The translations under genes were made by a program, and so were the position numbers. 64,000 nucleotides of DNA from Candidatus Limnocylindrales bacterium (GTDB lineage: Bacteria; Desulfobacterota; Binatia; UBA1149; CAITLU01), in contig DASPNR010000007.1 in the NCBI GenBank assembly GCA_035626395.1, positions 293,012-357,011 of the forward strand, read 5' to 3'. Below are positions 47,562 through 58,426 of this stretch, piece by piece. The notes beneath the pieces were generated by a model that was given only the letters and a program-made list of their open reading frames with translations, had not been told where the DNA came from and did no database searches. Each line of letters opens with the position of its first letter. Within the stretch, counting starts at the first letter, position 1.

Positions 47562-49655
47562 ATGTCTTGGAAGTTGGCCTCACGCCTGTCGCTGTCCTTT
47601 GCTGCATCCCTGTTCGCGCTGGTGCTGTCGCTGCCGGCGGCGTCCGAAGCCGCTCAGGGCGACTGCAGCCAGCCCGTCACGTCCGGTCAGAACCCCACCG
47701 CCAGTGACTGCCTGTACATCCTCAAGAGCGCAGTCGGCACCGAAGAGTGCGAGATCTGCGTGTGCGACACGACGGGCAACGAGGAGATCCAGGCCACCGA
47801 CTCTCTGCTTTGCCTCAAGTACGCGGTCGGACAGCCGGTCGAGCTGAATTGCCCCGAGTGCGATACCACGACCACCAGCACGTCGAGCACGAGCACGTCG
47901 AGCACCAGCACGTCGACCACCACCACGACGCTGGGAGGTCCGACCACCACGATCGACACACCCACGACGACGATCGATACGCCCACGACCACCATCGACA
48001 CGCCGACGACGACGCTGAGCAACACGACCACCACGGTCGATACGCCCACGACGACGATCGATACGCCGACGACGACGCTGGTTGCCGCGGGGGCCTGCCC
48101 CGGCTTCGGCGAGCTGACGCTGTACTCGGGCTTCGGCGAGCTGTGCAGCAACAACGCCGATTGTCCGGTCGGCACCTGCAACAACGAGCGCGGCCGCTGC
48201 CAGACGGTGACCGAGCTCGACAGCGGATGGACGGGCCTGGCGCACGACTCCGACATCAACAACGAGACGCTCAGCCGCGGCTTCCTGGACTGTCCGGGAA
48301 CCGGCGGCGCCTGCGGTGTCTGCTCGGTCGAAGGCCTGGATCCCTCCATCGGCAACTGCCGGTGCGCCAACAACAACCAGGCGGTGTGCGACGAGAAATT
48401 CGCGGCCGATGCGGACGACTGCGGCGGCCAGGTCTGCAACTGCTACTTCGGCGCGCCCTTCCCGCTCTCCTCGGGCGGCACGCCGGCCTGCATCGTCAAC
48501 CGCTTCTTCGAGGACATCTCGGGAACGGCCAATCCCGATACGGGCTCCGGCGCGATTTCGGCGAACCTGCGTACGCAGGTCTTCCTCGGCATCACCACGA
48601 GCAATCCGTGTCCGGTCTGCGGCGGCGTCTGCTCCAACGACGACACGCAGACGTGCATCTTCGATGCCGACTGCGGCGACGGCAACACCTGTCAGGATGA
48701 CCCGACCGCCAACGACGGCAACCGCGGCGGCGTCTGCGTGGACGGCCGCAACATCGGAACGGCCTGCGACGTGAACGCCTACAACACCTCGTTCCCGGCC
48801 ATTCCCAACGCGCCGGGCGGCGCCGGCTACAGCATCGACTGCTTCCCCGATACCGGCAAGAACGTGTCGGGCGCGGGCCTGGTCATCCAGCTGACGCAGA
48901 CGACCGGGACCCAGCAGCTCGACTTCGACGTGCCGTGCGGCAACGGCGACCTGCTCTGCGCCTGCCGGCAGTGCACGACCGATGCAACGGTGCCGTGCGA
49001 CGATGATGCGGACTGCGCGTCGCAGTCGGGCGCGTGCAGCGTCTCCAACAAGTTCCTGTGCACGTCGAACAACGACTGCTCGAGCGTCAATGCCGGCACG
49101 TGCCTGACGATCAAGCGCTGCAGCCAGGCGACGTCTCTGACCTGCAACACCAACACCGACTGCCTCAATCGCAACGTGGGCCAGTGCAATCCGTCCACCT
49201 GCAGCGCGAACGGCACCGGCGGCTTCCCGTCGCCGAACCAGTGCCAGGGCGGGCTGTGCGAGGACGCCGGCGACGAGGAAGGCTTGTGCACCGAGGGCCC
49301 GGACGAGAGCAGCTGCGATGCGGTGGTGAAGGCCAACGGCGACGGCATCCTGTCGTGCTCGGTCAACGCCGATTGCGAGCCAGCATCGGTCGGTGTCGAC
49401 GCCGGCAACTGCACGCTGGTCAAGCGCCGCGAATGCTTCCTCGACCCGATCGTGGCCACCGGACAGGCCAGCCCGACCATGCCGGTGGGAGCGTCCGTGT
49501 TCTGCATCCCGCCCACGAGCAACCAGCCCATCAACACGGTGGCGGGTCTGCCGGGGCCGGGACGCGTGACCAATCAGGCGATCTCGCGGACGTTCTGCGA
49601 GAACGCGCCGGAGACGCAGTACACGCCGGGCGTGGGCGGCTGCCCCGCAGAATAG
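47562..49655 (+). CDS. Large secreted cysteine-rich protein with a poly-Thr linker; paralog B
   Basis: AAGGAGGA RBS precedes the ATG. A signal peptide is present. The N-terminus carries a duplicated dockerin-like segment (DCLYILKSAVG / DSLLCLKYAVG), followed by (TPTTTID)n and a Cys-rich body sharing motifs with paralog A. Confidence 0.85.
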   Translation: MSWKLASRLSLSFAASLFALVLSLPAASEAAQGDCSQPVTSGQNPTASDCLYILKSAVGTEECEICVCDTTGNEEIQATDSLLCLKYAVGQPVELNCPECDTTTTSTSSTSTSSTSTSTTTTTLGGPTTTIDTPTTTIDTPTTTIDTPTTTLSNTTTTVDTPTTTIDTPTTTLVAAGACPGFGELTLYSGFGELCSNNADCPVGTCNNERGRCQTVTELDSGWTGLAHDSDINNETLSRGFLDCPGTGGACGVCSVEGLDPSIGNCRCANNNQAVCDEKFAADADDCGGQVCNCYFGAPFPLSSGGTPACIVNRFFEDISGTANPDTGSGAISANLRTQVFLGITTSNPCPVCGGVCSNDDTQTCIFDADCGDGNTCQDDPTANDGNRGGVCVDGRNIGTACDVNAYNTSFPAIPNAPGGAGYSIDCFPDTGKNVSGAGLVIQLTQTTGTQQLDFDVPCGNGDLLCACRQCTTDATVPCDDDADCASQSGACSVSNKFLCTSNNDCSSVNAGTCLTIKRCSQATSLTCNTNTDCLNRNVGQCNPSTCSANGTGGFPSPNQCQGGLCEDAGDEEGLCTEGPDESSCDAVVKANGDGILSCSVNADCEPASVGVDAGNCTLVKRRECFLDPIVATGQASPTMPVGASVFCIPPTSNQPINTVAGLPGPGRVTNQAISRTFCENAPETQYTPGVGGCPAE
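47867..48080. repeat. 24-nt tandem repeats encoding the (TPTTTIDT)n linker of Cys-rich paralog B, preceded by a (ST)n tract
   Basis: gatacgcccacgacgacgatc units are repeated. Confidence 0.8.
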
Positions 49656-49813
49656 GCGAGAGGGTACGATACGGTGAAGCGCGAACGGCCCGCTGCGAAA
49701 GCAGCGGGCCGTTCTGCATTCGGCCTGCCTGCCGCGAATGAATGCGGGGCCGGCCCGGTCCAAGCTGTATCCCAGAACGAAGGTGCGGCGCCGGCTGCAC
49801 CGCAGGAGAAGCC

Positions 49814-50146
49814 ATGAAGACAGCAGCTCAATACGCAGTGTGTGCGAGTCTGGCCGCTGGATTGATCTTGCCGCTCGCGGCGGCCGCCGATGAGACGACC
49901 GTCATCCGGGAGACTCCGGACGGCTACGTCGAAACCTACAAGGGCCCCGACGGCAGCTACACGCACAAGCAGAGCGGGCCCAAGAGCAAGACCGCATACG
50001 AAGGCAATGGCGTCCAGTTCAAGGAAAGCTCCAATGGAGTGGTGACCAAGCGGGTCTACCAGGACGCCAACTGCCAGCAGAAGACGGTCTCGAACGCGAA
50101 GACCGGCGAGACCACCGTCGTTTCCGAAGGCAACTGTCCCCGCTGA
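49814..50146 (+). CDS. Small secreted protein (110 aa)
   Basis: CAGGAGAAG RBS precedes the ATG. The signal peptide is MKTAAQYAVCASLAAGLILPLAAAA. Confidence 0.55.
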   Translation: MKTAAQYAVCASLAAGLILPLAAAADETTVIRETPDGYVETYKGPDGSYTHKQSGPKSKTAYEGNGVQFKESSNGVVTKRVYQDANCQQKTVSNAKTGETTVVSEGNCPR

Positions 50147-50243
50147 CGATCCTCAGCAGATGCGCGAGAGCGCGTGCGTTGCGGCCCCGGCGGCTACCGT
50201 TGCCGGGGCCCCTTTGCATCCGGACGGGTGCCGGCGCGTGTAC

Positions 50244-50657
50244 CTAGCGCGGGGAAAGCAGCACCACCGGAATGTCGCGCGTGGTGTTGGCCTGGTAGTT
50301 GTCGTAGTCGGGCCACATTCGCACCATCTGCGGCCAAACTCGCTTCTTGTCTTCGGCGCTGCCGGTGCGGGCGGTCACCGGGATGACCCGGTCGAAGACC
50401 TGGATCTCCACGTCGGGATGCGCCAGCAGGTTCTTGTACCAGCCAGGATGATCGGGATAGCCGCCCTTGGAAGCCACGACGACGTAATCGTTGCCGTCGC
50501 GGCCATAGCAGAGCGGGAACTTGCGGACCTCGCCGCTCTTGCGGCCCTTGGTGCGAAGGATCAGGCAGCTGGTGCCGTTCCAGTCATGGCCGACCTTGCC
50601 GTCCGTCGCCTCGTACTGTCGAACATGCTCATCGCCGAAAAGACTGAAGTCTGGCAT
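50244..50657 (-). CDS. Deazaflavin(F420)-dependent nitroreductase-family protein (PNPOx-like split barrel)
   Basis: GTSCLILRTKGRKSGEVR...YVVVASKGG is the family pattern. Confidence 0.65.
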   Translation of the reverse strand: MPDFSLFGDEHVRQYEATDGKVGHDWNGTSCLILRTKGRKSGEVRKFPLCYGRDGNDYVVVASKGGYPDHPGWYKNLLAHPDVEIQVFDRVIPVTARTGSAEDKKRVWPQMVRMWPDYDNYQANTTRDIPVVLLSPR

Positions 50658-50764
50658 GCGCGGAGCCTGCCACGCTCGCGATGAGAAACAAGCTCACCGG
50701 CAAGCGGCACACGAAGGCCCGACGTCGCCTCTTCGACGTCGCGCTCGCGCGTCCTGACGACGGC

Positions 50765-51154
50765 TCAGAGCAGGAAGTTTCCGACGCCCGTGGCCACCGG
50801 CCTGGCGGGATCGTCCTGCCAGGCCACGACGCGGACGTTGGCGATGCGCCGGCCGTGCTTGACGATCTCCGCGCGGCCGCGCGTGTCTCTGGGCCCGGCC
50901 GAGCGCAGGTAGTCGATGCTGAAGTTGATGGGCCGTGCCACCCGTTCCTCCCCTGCCAGCTCGACCAGGTGGAGCAGCGCCGTGAGCTCGAGAAACGCAC
51001 CGACGACACCACCGTGGATGGCGGGAAGGACGACGTTGCCGACGATGTCGGCGCAGAACGGCATCACGCAGATCAGTCCCTCGCCGGACGTCTCGAGGCG
51101 AATGTCGAGATAGCGGGCGTAAGGGATGGCAGCGACCGCATCGGCAGCTTTCAC
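50765..51154 (-). CDS. PaaI-family hotdog-fold thioesterase
   Basis: HGGVVGAFLE is the hotdog motif. Confidence 0.7.
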   Translation of the reverse strand: MKAADAVAAIPYARYLDIRLETSGEGLICVMPFCADIVGNVVLPAIHGGVVGAFLELTALLHLVELAGEERVARPINFSIDYLRSAGPRDTRGRAEIVKHGRRIANVRVVAWQDDPARPVATGVGNFLL

Positions 51155-51666
51155 GATCGCCCGGCCTCCAGCGCTTCCTTGCCGCGGACGATGGCCTTCT
51201 GCCAGGCGTCCGGGTGCAGCGGCCCGACCAGCATAAACGTCGCCAGCATGCTGGCGAACGGGTCTTTCTCATCGGCGTCCCACGCCGTGCCGCGGACGAA
51301 CGCGACGTTGCTCGTCAGCTTGTAGCACTCGGCGCGCGCCGTCAGCTCGGCTCCGGGCTGGGCCGCGCGCAGATAGTCGATGCGAAGGTCCAGGGTGGCG
51401 ATGGTCTTGAACTCCGGAAGCGAGCACTGCACCGCGATGCCGCTGGCCTGGTCCAGCATCGTCGTGATGACGCCGCCGAAGACGACGCGGCGCACGGGAT
51501 CGCCCACTAGCTCCTCGCGCCACGGCAGACGAAGGATCGCGAAGCAGGGACCGATCTCGTGCACGCGCATGCCGAGCCGGACGGCCTGCGGAACGTGAGC
51601 CACGAGCTCGTCCCGCCCCTGCCCGAACAGAGCCTGCATCGCGAAGATTCGGCCGGAATCGGACAC
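51151..51666 (-). CDS. PaaI-family hotdog-fold thioesterase (second, tandem copy)
   Basis: The hotdog motif is present. It overlaps the downstream copy by 4 nt. Confidence 0.65.
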   Translation of the reverse strand: MSDSGRIFAMQALFGQGRDELVAHVPQAVRLGMRVHEIGPCFAILRLPWREELVGDPVRRVVFGGVITTMLDQASGIAVQCSLPEFKTIATLDLRIDYLRAAQPGAELTARAECYKLTSNVAFVRGTAWDADEKDPFASMLATFMLVGPLHPDAWQKAIVRGKEALEAGRS

Positions 51667-51759
51667 GCGTGCTGGCGCTATCGTGATCGTCGCCGCGCCG
51701 CAAGCCGTGCGGCAGCGGCTGCTGCATCGGGAACGGAAAGGTGACGGCCATGCGGCAGG

Positions 51760-53112
51760 TCACGCATTCCGGTGAGCCAATGACGTCACGTGCCCCGGGC
51801 CAGCTGGCGTTGGTGGGCTGGCGCCGCTTCGCGTGGTGATGCGGATCAGCTCGAGCAGCGCTCGTCCTTCATGCGACGCGTCCTTCCAGGCCGTGCCTTT
51901 GGACGATTGGCCGCGCGGCAGCGACGGCGCCCGTGCCGGCCACCACCACGGCAGCAGATCGAGGCCGTGCGAATAGATCCCGCCGTGCCGCGCGTCCACG
52001 AACGCGCGCACGATGTAGCTCCAGAGCGCGACGTACTCCTCGTGCAGCTCCGCGCGCGGTCGCTGCCGATGCTGATCCATGATCGTCCGCAGCGCTTCGA
52101 ACTGCACCCACCAGACCTTTCCGCCCGCGGCAACCGCGTGCTCCACCCACGCGTAGGCGCAAGCGGCGGCGGACTGCGCGGCCGCAGGTCGCACCTCGCC
52201 CGCCAGGAAATAGCCGCCGGCGCGGTCGCGCGCGTGCTCGCGAAGGTAGCGCAGGATGCGACGGCTGGCATCGTCGGCCGGGAACGGCAGCGCCGCCTGC
52301 GCGCGGGCCGCGCTCAGCCTCCACGCCGTCTGCAGGGTGGTCCCCACGCGCACGCGGTGCGGGACCGGCGTCCAATCGCGAAGGCAGAAGAAGTGCAGCG
52401 CTCCGTCGTGCGCCAGCAGGCGCTGCTCGAAAAGCGTGACCAGCTCGACCAGGCGCGTGCGCACCGTGACGTCGGGCCACACCGAGTGCAGCGATGTCAG
52501 CGCCTCCAGAAGATCGGAGTGCGTGTTCGAATCCTTCAGGCCGACGGGAGTTCCGATCGGATCCAGGCGATCGCGCCAAAGCGATTCGCTGGCGCTATCG
52601 ATGCACCGGCCGTCGCGTGTGAAGAACTGGAGATAGCCGCCGTGCTCGCGGTCGAAGGCGGTGTTCTCGAGCCATTCGAATGCCTGCTGCGCCAGGCGCA
52701 GAGGCGCAGCCTCGCAGGTCAATCGGTGCACCGCCACGCAGGCCGCGATGGCGTAGGCCATTCCGTGCACGTGCTTGGTGTGATTCTCGAGTACGCGCCC
52801 GGCGCGGTCGCAGCGGTGGAACCAGCCGCCTTCGGTCGCGTCCCACATCGTGCCGGCCAGGCAGGCGAAGCCGTGACGCGCCGCCGCCGCCACGGCGGCA
52901 TCGCACGGATCGGCCAGAGCGGCTTCGGCAGCGAACAGCGTCTGACGCGCCTGGAACTCGAGCAGCTTCTCGTGCGTGCCACAGGAGCGCCACTTCCGGT
53001 CGAAATCGCACCGGAAGCCGCCGTGCTCGTGGTCGAGCGAGCGCGGGAACCAGACGTCGAGGACGTGGCGGCGCAGAAGGGCCTGCAGTTCCTGCGTCGA
53101 GGGCGCGGACAT
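51760..53112 (-). CDS. N-acylglucosamine 2-epimerase (AGE) superfamily epimerase/isomerase
   Basis: An (alpha/alpha)6 barrel is indicated by the motifs EHGGF, KDSNTHSDLLEA and WWVQFEALR. Confidence 0.75.
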   Translation of the reverse strand: MSAPSTQELQALLRRHVLDVWFPRSLDHEHGGFRCDFDRKWRSCGTHEKLLEFQARQTLFAAEAALADPCDAAVAAAARHGFACLAGTMWDATEGGWFHRCDRAGRVLENHTKHVHGMAYAIAACVAVHRLTCEAAPLRLAQQAFEWLENTAFDREHGGYLQFFTRDGRCIDSASESLWRDRLDPIGTPVGLKDSNTHSDLLEALTSLHSVWPDVTVRTRLVELVTLFEQRLLAHDGALHFFCLRDWTPVPHRVRVGTTLQTAWRLSAARAQAALPFPADDASRRILRYLREHARDRAGGYFLAGEVRPAAAQSAAACAYAWVEHAVAAGGKVWWVQFEALRTIMDQHRQRPRAELHEEYVALWSYIVRAFVDARHGGIYSHGLDLLPWWWPARAPSLPRGQSSKGTAWKDASHEGRALLELIRITTRSGASPPTPAGPGHVTSLAHRNA

Positions 53113-53247
53113 CTGCGCGATCTATACCGGATCGATGGACGCTCCCACTTGCCTGGCGGTGGAATAGGGGGCGCGCGCACGCAAAAAAATCCCGCCACCG
53201 TCTCCGGTGGCGGGATCTTGCAAGGCCGATCTTCGAGAGACGAGGAC

Positions 53248-54660
<1,413 letters not shown>

Positions 54661-54723
54661 TGGACGAGGTCCTCCCTGCTGCGAGTACTGCGAGTACGAA
54701 ATGAACGGAGCGGCGCCTCTCGC

Positions 54724-55164
<441 letters not shown>

Positions 55165-55194
55165 TCACTTATGGCAGTGCCCGCTTCTGCTTTT

Positions 55195-55210
55195 TGCAAT
55201 TGCGGTGCCA
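55195..55210 (-). promoter_or_regulatory. Sigma-54 (-24/-12) promoter upstream of glnB-glnA
   Basis: The minus strand reads TGGCACCGCAATTGCA with exact GG-N10-GC spacing. It lies about 135 nt upstream of the glnB ATG. Confidence 0.65.
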
Positions 55211-55344
55211 CCTGCGCCGCAACGAATTCAGCGAGTTAGCCTGCGCCAGTTCGCCGGTTTCTGCCCGGAAATCCGGCAGTGCACGCCGCATGAGCAAGCA
55301 TGAGCAAGCAGTCGCGGCGCGGCGCCCGCCGAACGCGGTCAGCC

Positions 55345-56172
55345 TCAGGGAACGAGGCCGGCATTCTTCAGCGTGTCGTAGGCCGCGTTGATCGCCCGCA
55401 TTCGTGTCTCGGCCACGCGCCGGAACTCCTCGCCGAGATGCGTGACGCGGTCGGGATGGTTCTCCTTGGAGAGCCGTCGCCAGGCCTGCTTGATGTCGTC
55501 GGCGCTGGCGCCGCGGTCCAGGCCCAGGGTGGCCAGGGCCTGGTTGATCGATACGGAGCCCTGCTGCCGCGGCCCCCGGCTCTGCTGCTGCTGGTGCTGG
55601 TCGCTGCCGGCGCGCGCCCAACCGAAGCTGTTGACGAACGGGCCCAGGCCCAGGCGATTGGCGACTTCGTCGAGAAAGCGGCCTTCGGCCGGCCCCATCT
55701 TGCCGTCGGCCACGGCGACGCGCGTCAGGACATCGAGCACGATCATGCGGGCCTGCAGGTCGTAGTTGGTCAGCAGCCGCTCGCACAGCGCGGCCACGGT
55801 CAGCGTCGATCGCCGCGATTCCTTGACGAGATCGCGCACCCACAGCAGGCGCTCGGCGCGGTAGCCGAGATCGTGCTGGAAGAAGTGGCGGATGGCGGTG
55901 ACCTCGCGGCGATCGAGCGGGCCGTCGACCTCCGCGAGCTTGACCAGCAGCTCCACCAGCGTCTCGACGAACAGGCGCTGGCCCGGCGCCTGCCGGGCGT
56001 ACATGCCGAGCGCACGGCGGCGCAGCCACCAGGTGCCGATCGTGCCCGCCGCGACCAGAAACAGGGTGAAGAAGACGGCGACGCGCGCCAGGCCCACCAG
56101 AAGCGGCGTGCCGCCGACGAGCGCCAGCAGCAGGAGCATGAGCAGGCAGCCGAGATTGGGGCTGAAGATCAA
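55345..56172 (-). CDS. djlA: Co-chaperone DjlA (membrane anchor, TerB-like domain, C-terminal J domain)
   Basis: There is an N-terminal TM helix. The J domain has HPD (SKENHPDRV) at the C-terminus. Confidence 0.8.
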   Translation of the reverse strand: MIFSPNLGCLLMLLLLALVGGTPLLVGLARVAVFFTLFLVAAGTIGTWWLRRRALGMYARQAPGQRLFVETLVELLVKLAEVDGPLDRREVTAIRHFFQHDLGYRAERLLWVRDLVKESRRSTLTVAALCERLLTNYDLQARMIVLDVLTRVAVADGKMGPAEGRFLDEVANRLGLGPFVNSFGWARAGSDQHQQQQSRGPRQQGSVSINQALATLGLDRGASADDIKQAWRRLSKENHPDRVTHLGEEFRRVAETRMRAINAAYDTLKNAGLVP

Positions 56173-56195
56173 GCAGCAACGCTCGCCGAGAGGAA

Positions 56196-56272
56196 TGGTC
56201 GGGGTGAGAGGATTTGAACCTCCGGCTCCTGCGTCCCGAACGCAGTGCTCTACCAGGCTGAGCTACACCCCG
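56196..56272 (-). tRNA. tRNA-Pro (anticodon CGG)
   Basis: A cloverleaf was traced by hand. It has a 7-bp acceptor stem (CGGGGTG/CACCCCG), anticodon loop TTCGGGA, T-loop GGTTCAAATCC and an encoded CCA. Confidence 0.85.
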
Positions 56273-56357
56273 AGGAGAAAGTTCCCGAAAAGCCCCGGTG
56301 AAATAACAACGGCGGGGCCCCAAAGCGAATTCGCGGGCGGCAGCGGCGGGCCCGCCT

Positions 56358-57017
56358 TCAGGCAGGATTTCGCAGCGCCGCGATGGTCCTGGCGTAGTCC
56401 CCGCTCTTGAACACGGCCGACCCCGCCACGACCACGTCGGCGCCCGCCTCCAGCACCAGATGCACGTTGTCGGTCTTGATGCCGCCGTCGACCTCGAGCA
56501 GGCAATCGCAGCTGCGCCGCTCCTTGAGCTCGCGCAGCGTACGCAGCTTGGGCAGCGCCACATCCATGAACTTCTGCGCGCCGAACCCGGGATTGACGCT
56601 CATCACCAGGATCATCGCGCACCGCTCGAGCAGCCCCTCGACGCCGTCGATGGGCGTGGCCGGATTGATCGCCACGGCCGGGCGCGCGCCCGCCTTCTCG
56701 ATCTGCGTGAACAGGGCGTGGATGTCGTCGACCACTTCGCGGTGGACGCTGATGTAATCGGCTCCGGCGCCGGCGAAAGCTTCGACGTACTTGTGCGGCT
56801 CGGTGATCATCAGGTGCACGTCGAGCGGCAGCTCGGTCGCGCGGTCGATGGCGGCGACGATATCGGGGCCGAGCGTGAGGTTGGGCACGAAGTGCCCGTC
56901 CATCACGTCGACGTGGATCCAGTCGGCGCCGGCCATGGTAACGGCCTGCACCTCGTCGGCCAGATGCCCGAAGTCGGCGGAGAGAATCGACGGTGCGATC
57001 AGCGGCACGCGCGGCAT
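56358..57017 (-). CDS. rpe: Ribulose-phosphate 3-epimerase
   Basis: The start is the internal ATG (MPRVPLIAPSILSADF). The listed ORF's 5' extension overlaps rsmB and is rejected. Confidence 0.9.
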   Translation of the reverse strand: MPRVPLIAPSILSADFGHLADEVQAVTMAGADWIHVDVMDGHFVPNLTLGPDIVAAIDRATELPLDVHLMITEPHKYVEAFAGAGADYISVHREVVDDIHALFTQIEKAGARPAVAINPATPIDGVEGLLERCAMILVMSVNPGFGAQKFMDVALPKLRTLRELKERRSCDCLLEVDGGIKTDNVHLVLEAGADVVVAGSAVFKSGDYARTIAALRNPA

Positions 57018-57103
57018 GGCGGCGTTATACGGACCGGCCGGGAGGCGGGCAACCGCGCCGTCTCCCGCCTGCGCCCGCGGCTCAGGCGCGGTCGGCGCAC
57101 CGT

Positions 57104-58426
57104 CTACGCATTCCGCTGCAGTGCCACAGCATAGAAGCCGTCGATGCCGTGCCGGTGCGGGAACGTGCGCAGCGCGCCGTGCGCGTCGCAGAGCGCCGCC
57201 ACGTGCGCAGGCAGCGCCTGGGGCGGCTGCAGCGTGAAATCGCCGTGCGAACGCAGGAATGCCTCGATGACGGCGTCGTTCTCGCGCCGCGAGATCGTGC
57301 AGGTGGAGTACACCATGCGACCGCCCGGGCGCAGCAGGCTGGCGGCGCTCTGCAGGATGCGGTGCTGTCGCATCGCCAGGTCGGCGACGTCGGTGGCGGT
57401 TCGCCGCCATCGGATCTCCGGGTGCTGGCGCAGCGTGCCAAGCCCCGAGCACGGCGCGTCCACGAGCACGGCATCGAAGGGCTGTCCGCGATGGTCGTCG
57501 GCGAATTCCTCCACCGACTGCGGAACGATCGTGACCGGCGCCGCCGGCGGGGCCTTGGCCAGCGTGGCCTCGATGCGCGCCTTCATGCTCGGCGACTCAT
57601 CGACGGCGGTCACCGATCCGTGTTCACCGACGCACGAGGCGATGTAGGCGGTCTTGCCGCCGGGGGCGGCGCACGCATCCAGCACTCGCTCTCCCGGCTG
57701 CGGCGCCAGCATCTCGACGACCAACTGAGAGGCTTCGCCTTGCGGGATTAGCATGCCCGCAACCGGCCGCGCCTCGCCGGCCACGATGATCGCGCGCGCG
57801 CCGAAGCGACCGGGCTCGGCGGTCACATGCGACTCGGCCAGCAGCGCCAGCACCTCGCCGCGCTCTCTCAGCGCACGGTACGCCGTCGGCGCCGGCTCCA
57901 GGCTGATCGCCAGGAGCTGCTCGGTCTCGGCCAGGCCGAGCTCGTCCGCCCACATCGTCACGAGCCAGTCCGGCGCCGAGCACTGCACGCCGAGGCGTGC
58001 TGCAACCGGGCCCTCCGGCGCCGGCGCCATGCCATCGCGCAGCACGCTGCGCAGCACGGCATTGACCAGGCCCGAGGCGCTGCGCGCGTGGCGGCGCACC
58101 AGATCGACGCTGGTGGAGACGGCCGCATAGGGAGGCACGCGGTCGAGAAAAGCGATCTGGAACAGGCCGAGCCGAAGCGCCGCGAGCACCGGCGCGTCGA
58201 GCTTCTCGACGGGGCGCCCGGCACGTGCGGCGATGGTGTGGTCGAGCGTGCGCTGGCGCGAGATCGTGCCGTACACCAATCGCGTGGCCAGCGCGCGATC
58301 GGCGCCCTGCACGGTGCTGCCGTCGAGCGCGCGCGAAAGCACCTCGTCGGAGCGGGCGCCGCGTCCGACCTCGAGCAGCACTTCCAGTGCCAGAACGCGC
58401 GGGTCGCTTGGCGCTGACGCTCTCAC
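57104..58426 (-). CDS. rsmB: 16S rRNA (cytosine967-C5)-methyltransferase RsmB/Sun
   Basis: The protein has a NusB-like N-terminal domain and a SAM-MTase with PCS/TCT Cys motifs. Its GTG start overlaps the fmt stop in a GTGA arrangement. Confidence 0.85.
   Translation of the reverse strand: MRASAPSDPRVLALEVLLEVGRGARSDEVLSRALDGSTVQGADRALATRLVYGTISRQRTLDHTIAARAGRPVEKLDAPVLAALRLGLFQIAFLDRVPPYAAVSTSVDLVRRHARSASGLVNAVLRSVLRDGMAPAPEGPVAARLGVQCSAPDWLVTMWADELGLAETEQLLAISLEPAPTAYRALRERGEVLALLAESHVTAEPGRFGARAIIVAGEARPVAGMLIPQGEASQLVVEMLAPQPGERVLDACAAPGGKTAYIASCVGEHGSVTAVDESPSMKARIEATLAKAPPAAPVTIVPQSVEEFADDHRGQPFDAVLVDAPCSGLGTLRQHPEIRWRRTATDVADLAMRQHRILQSAASLLRPGGRMVYSTCTISRRENDAVIEAFLRSHGDFTLQPPQALPAHVAALCDAHGALRTFPHRHGIDGFYAVALQRNA

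Noticed and set aside
47580-49763. 727-aa minus-strand ORF
   Set aside because: It is antisense to Cys-rich paralog B.
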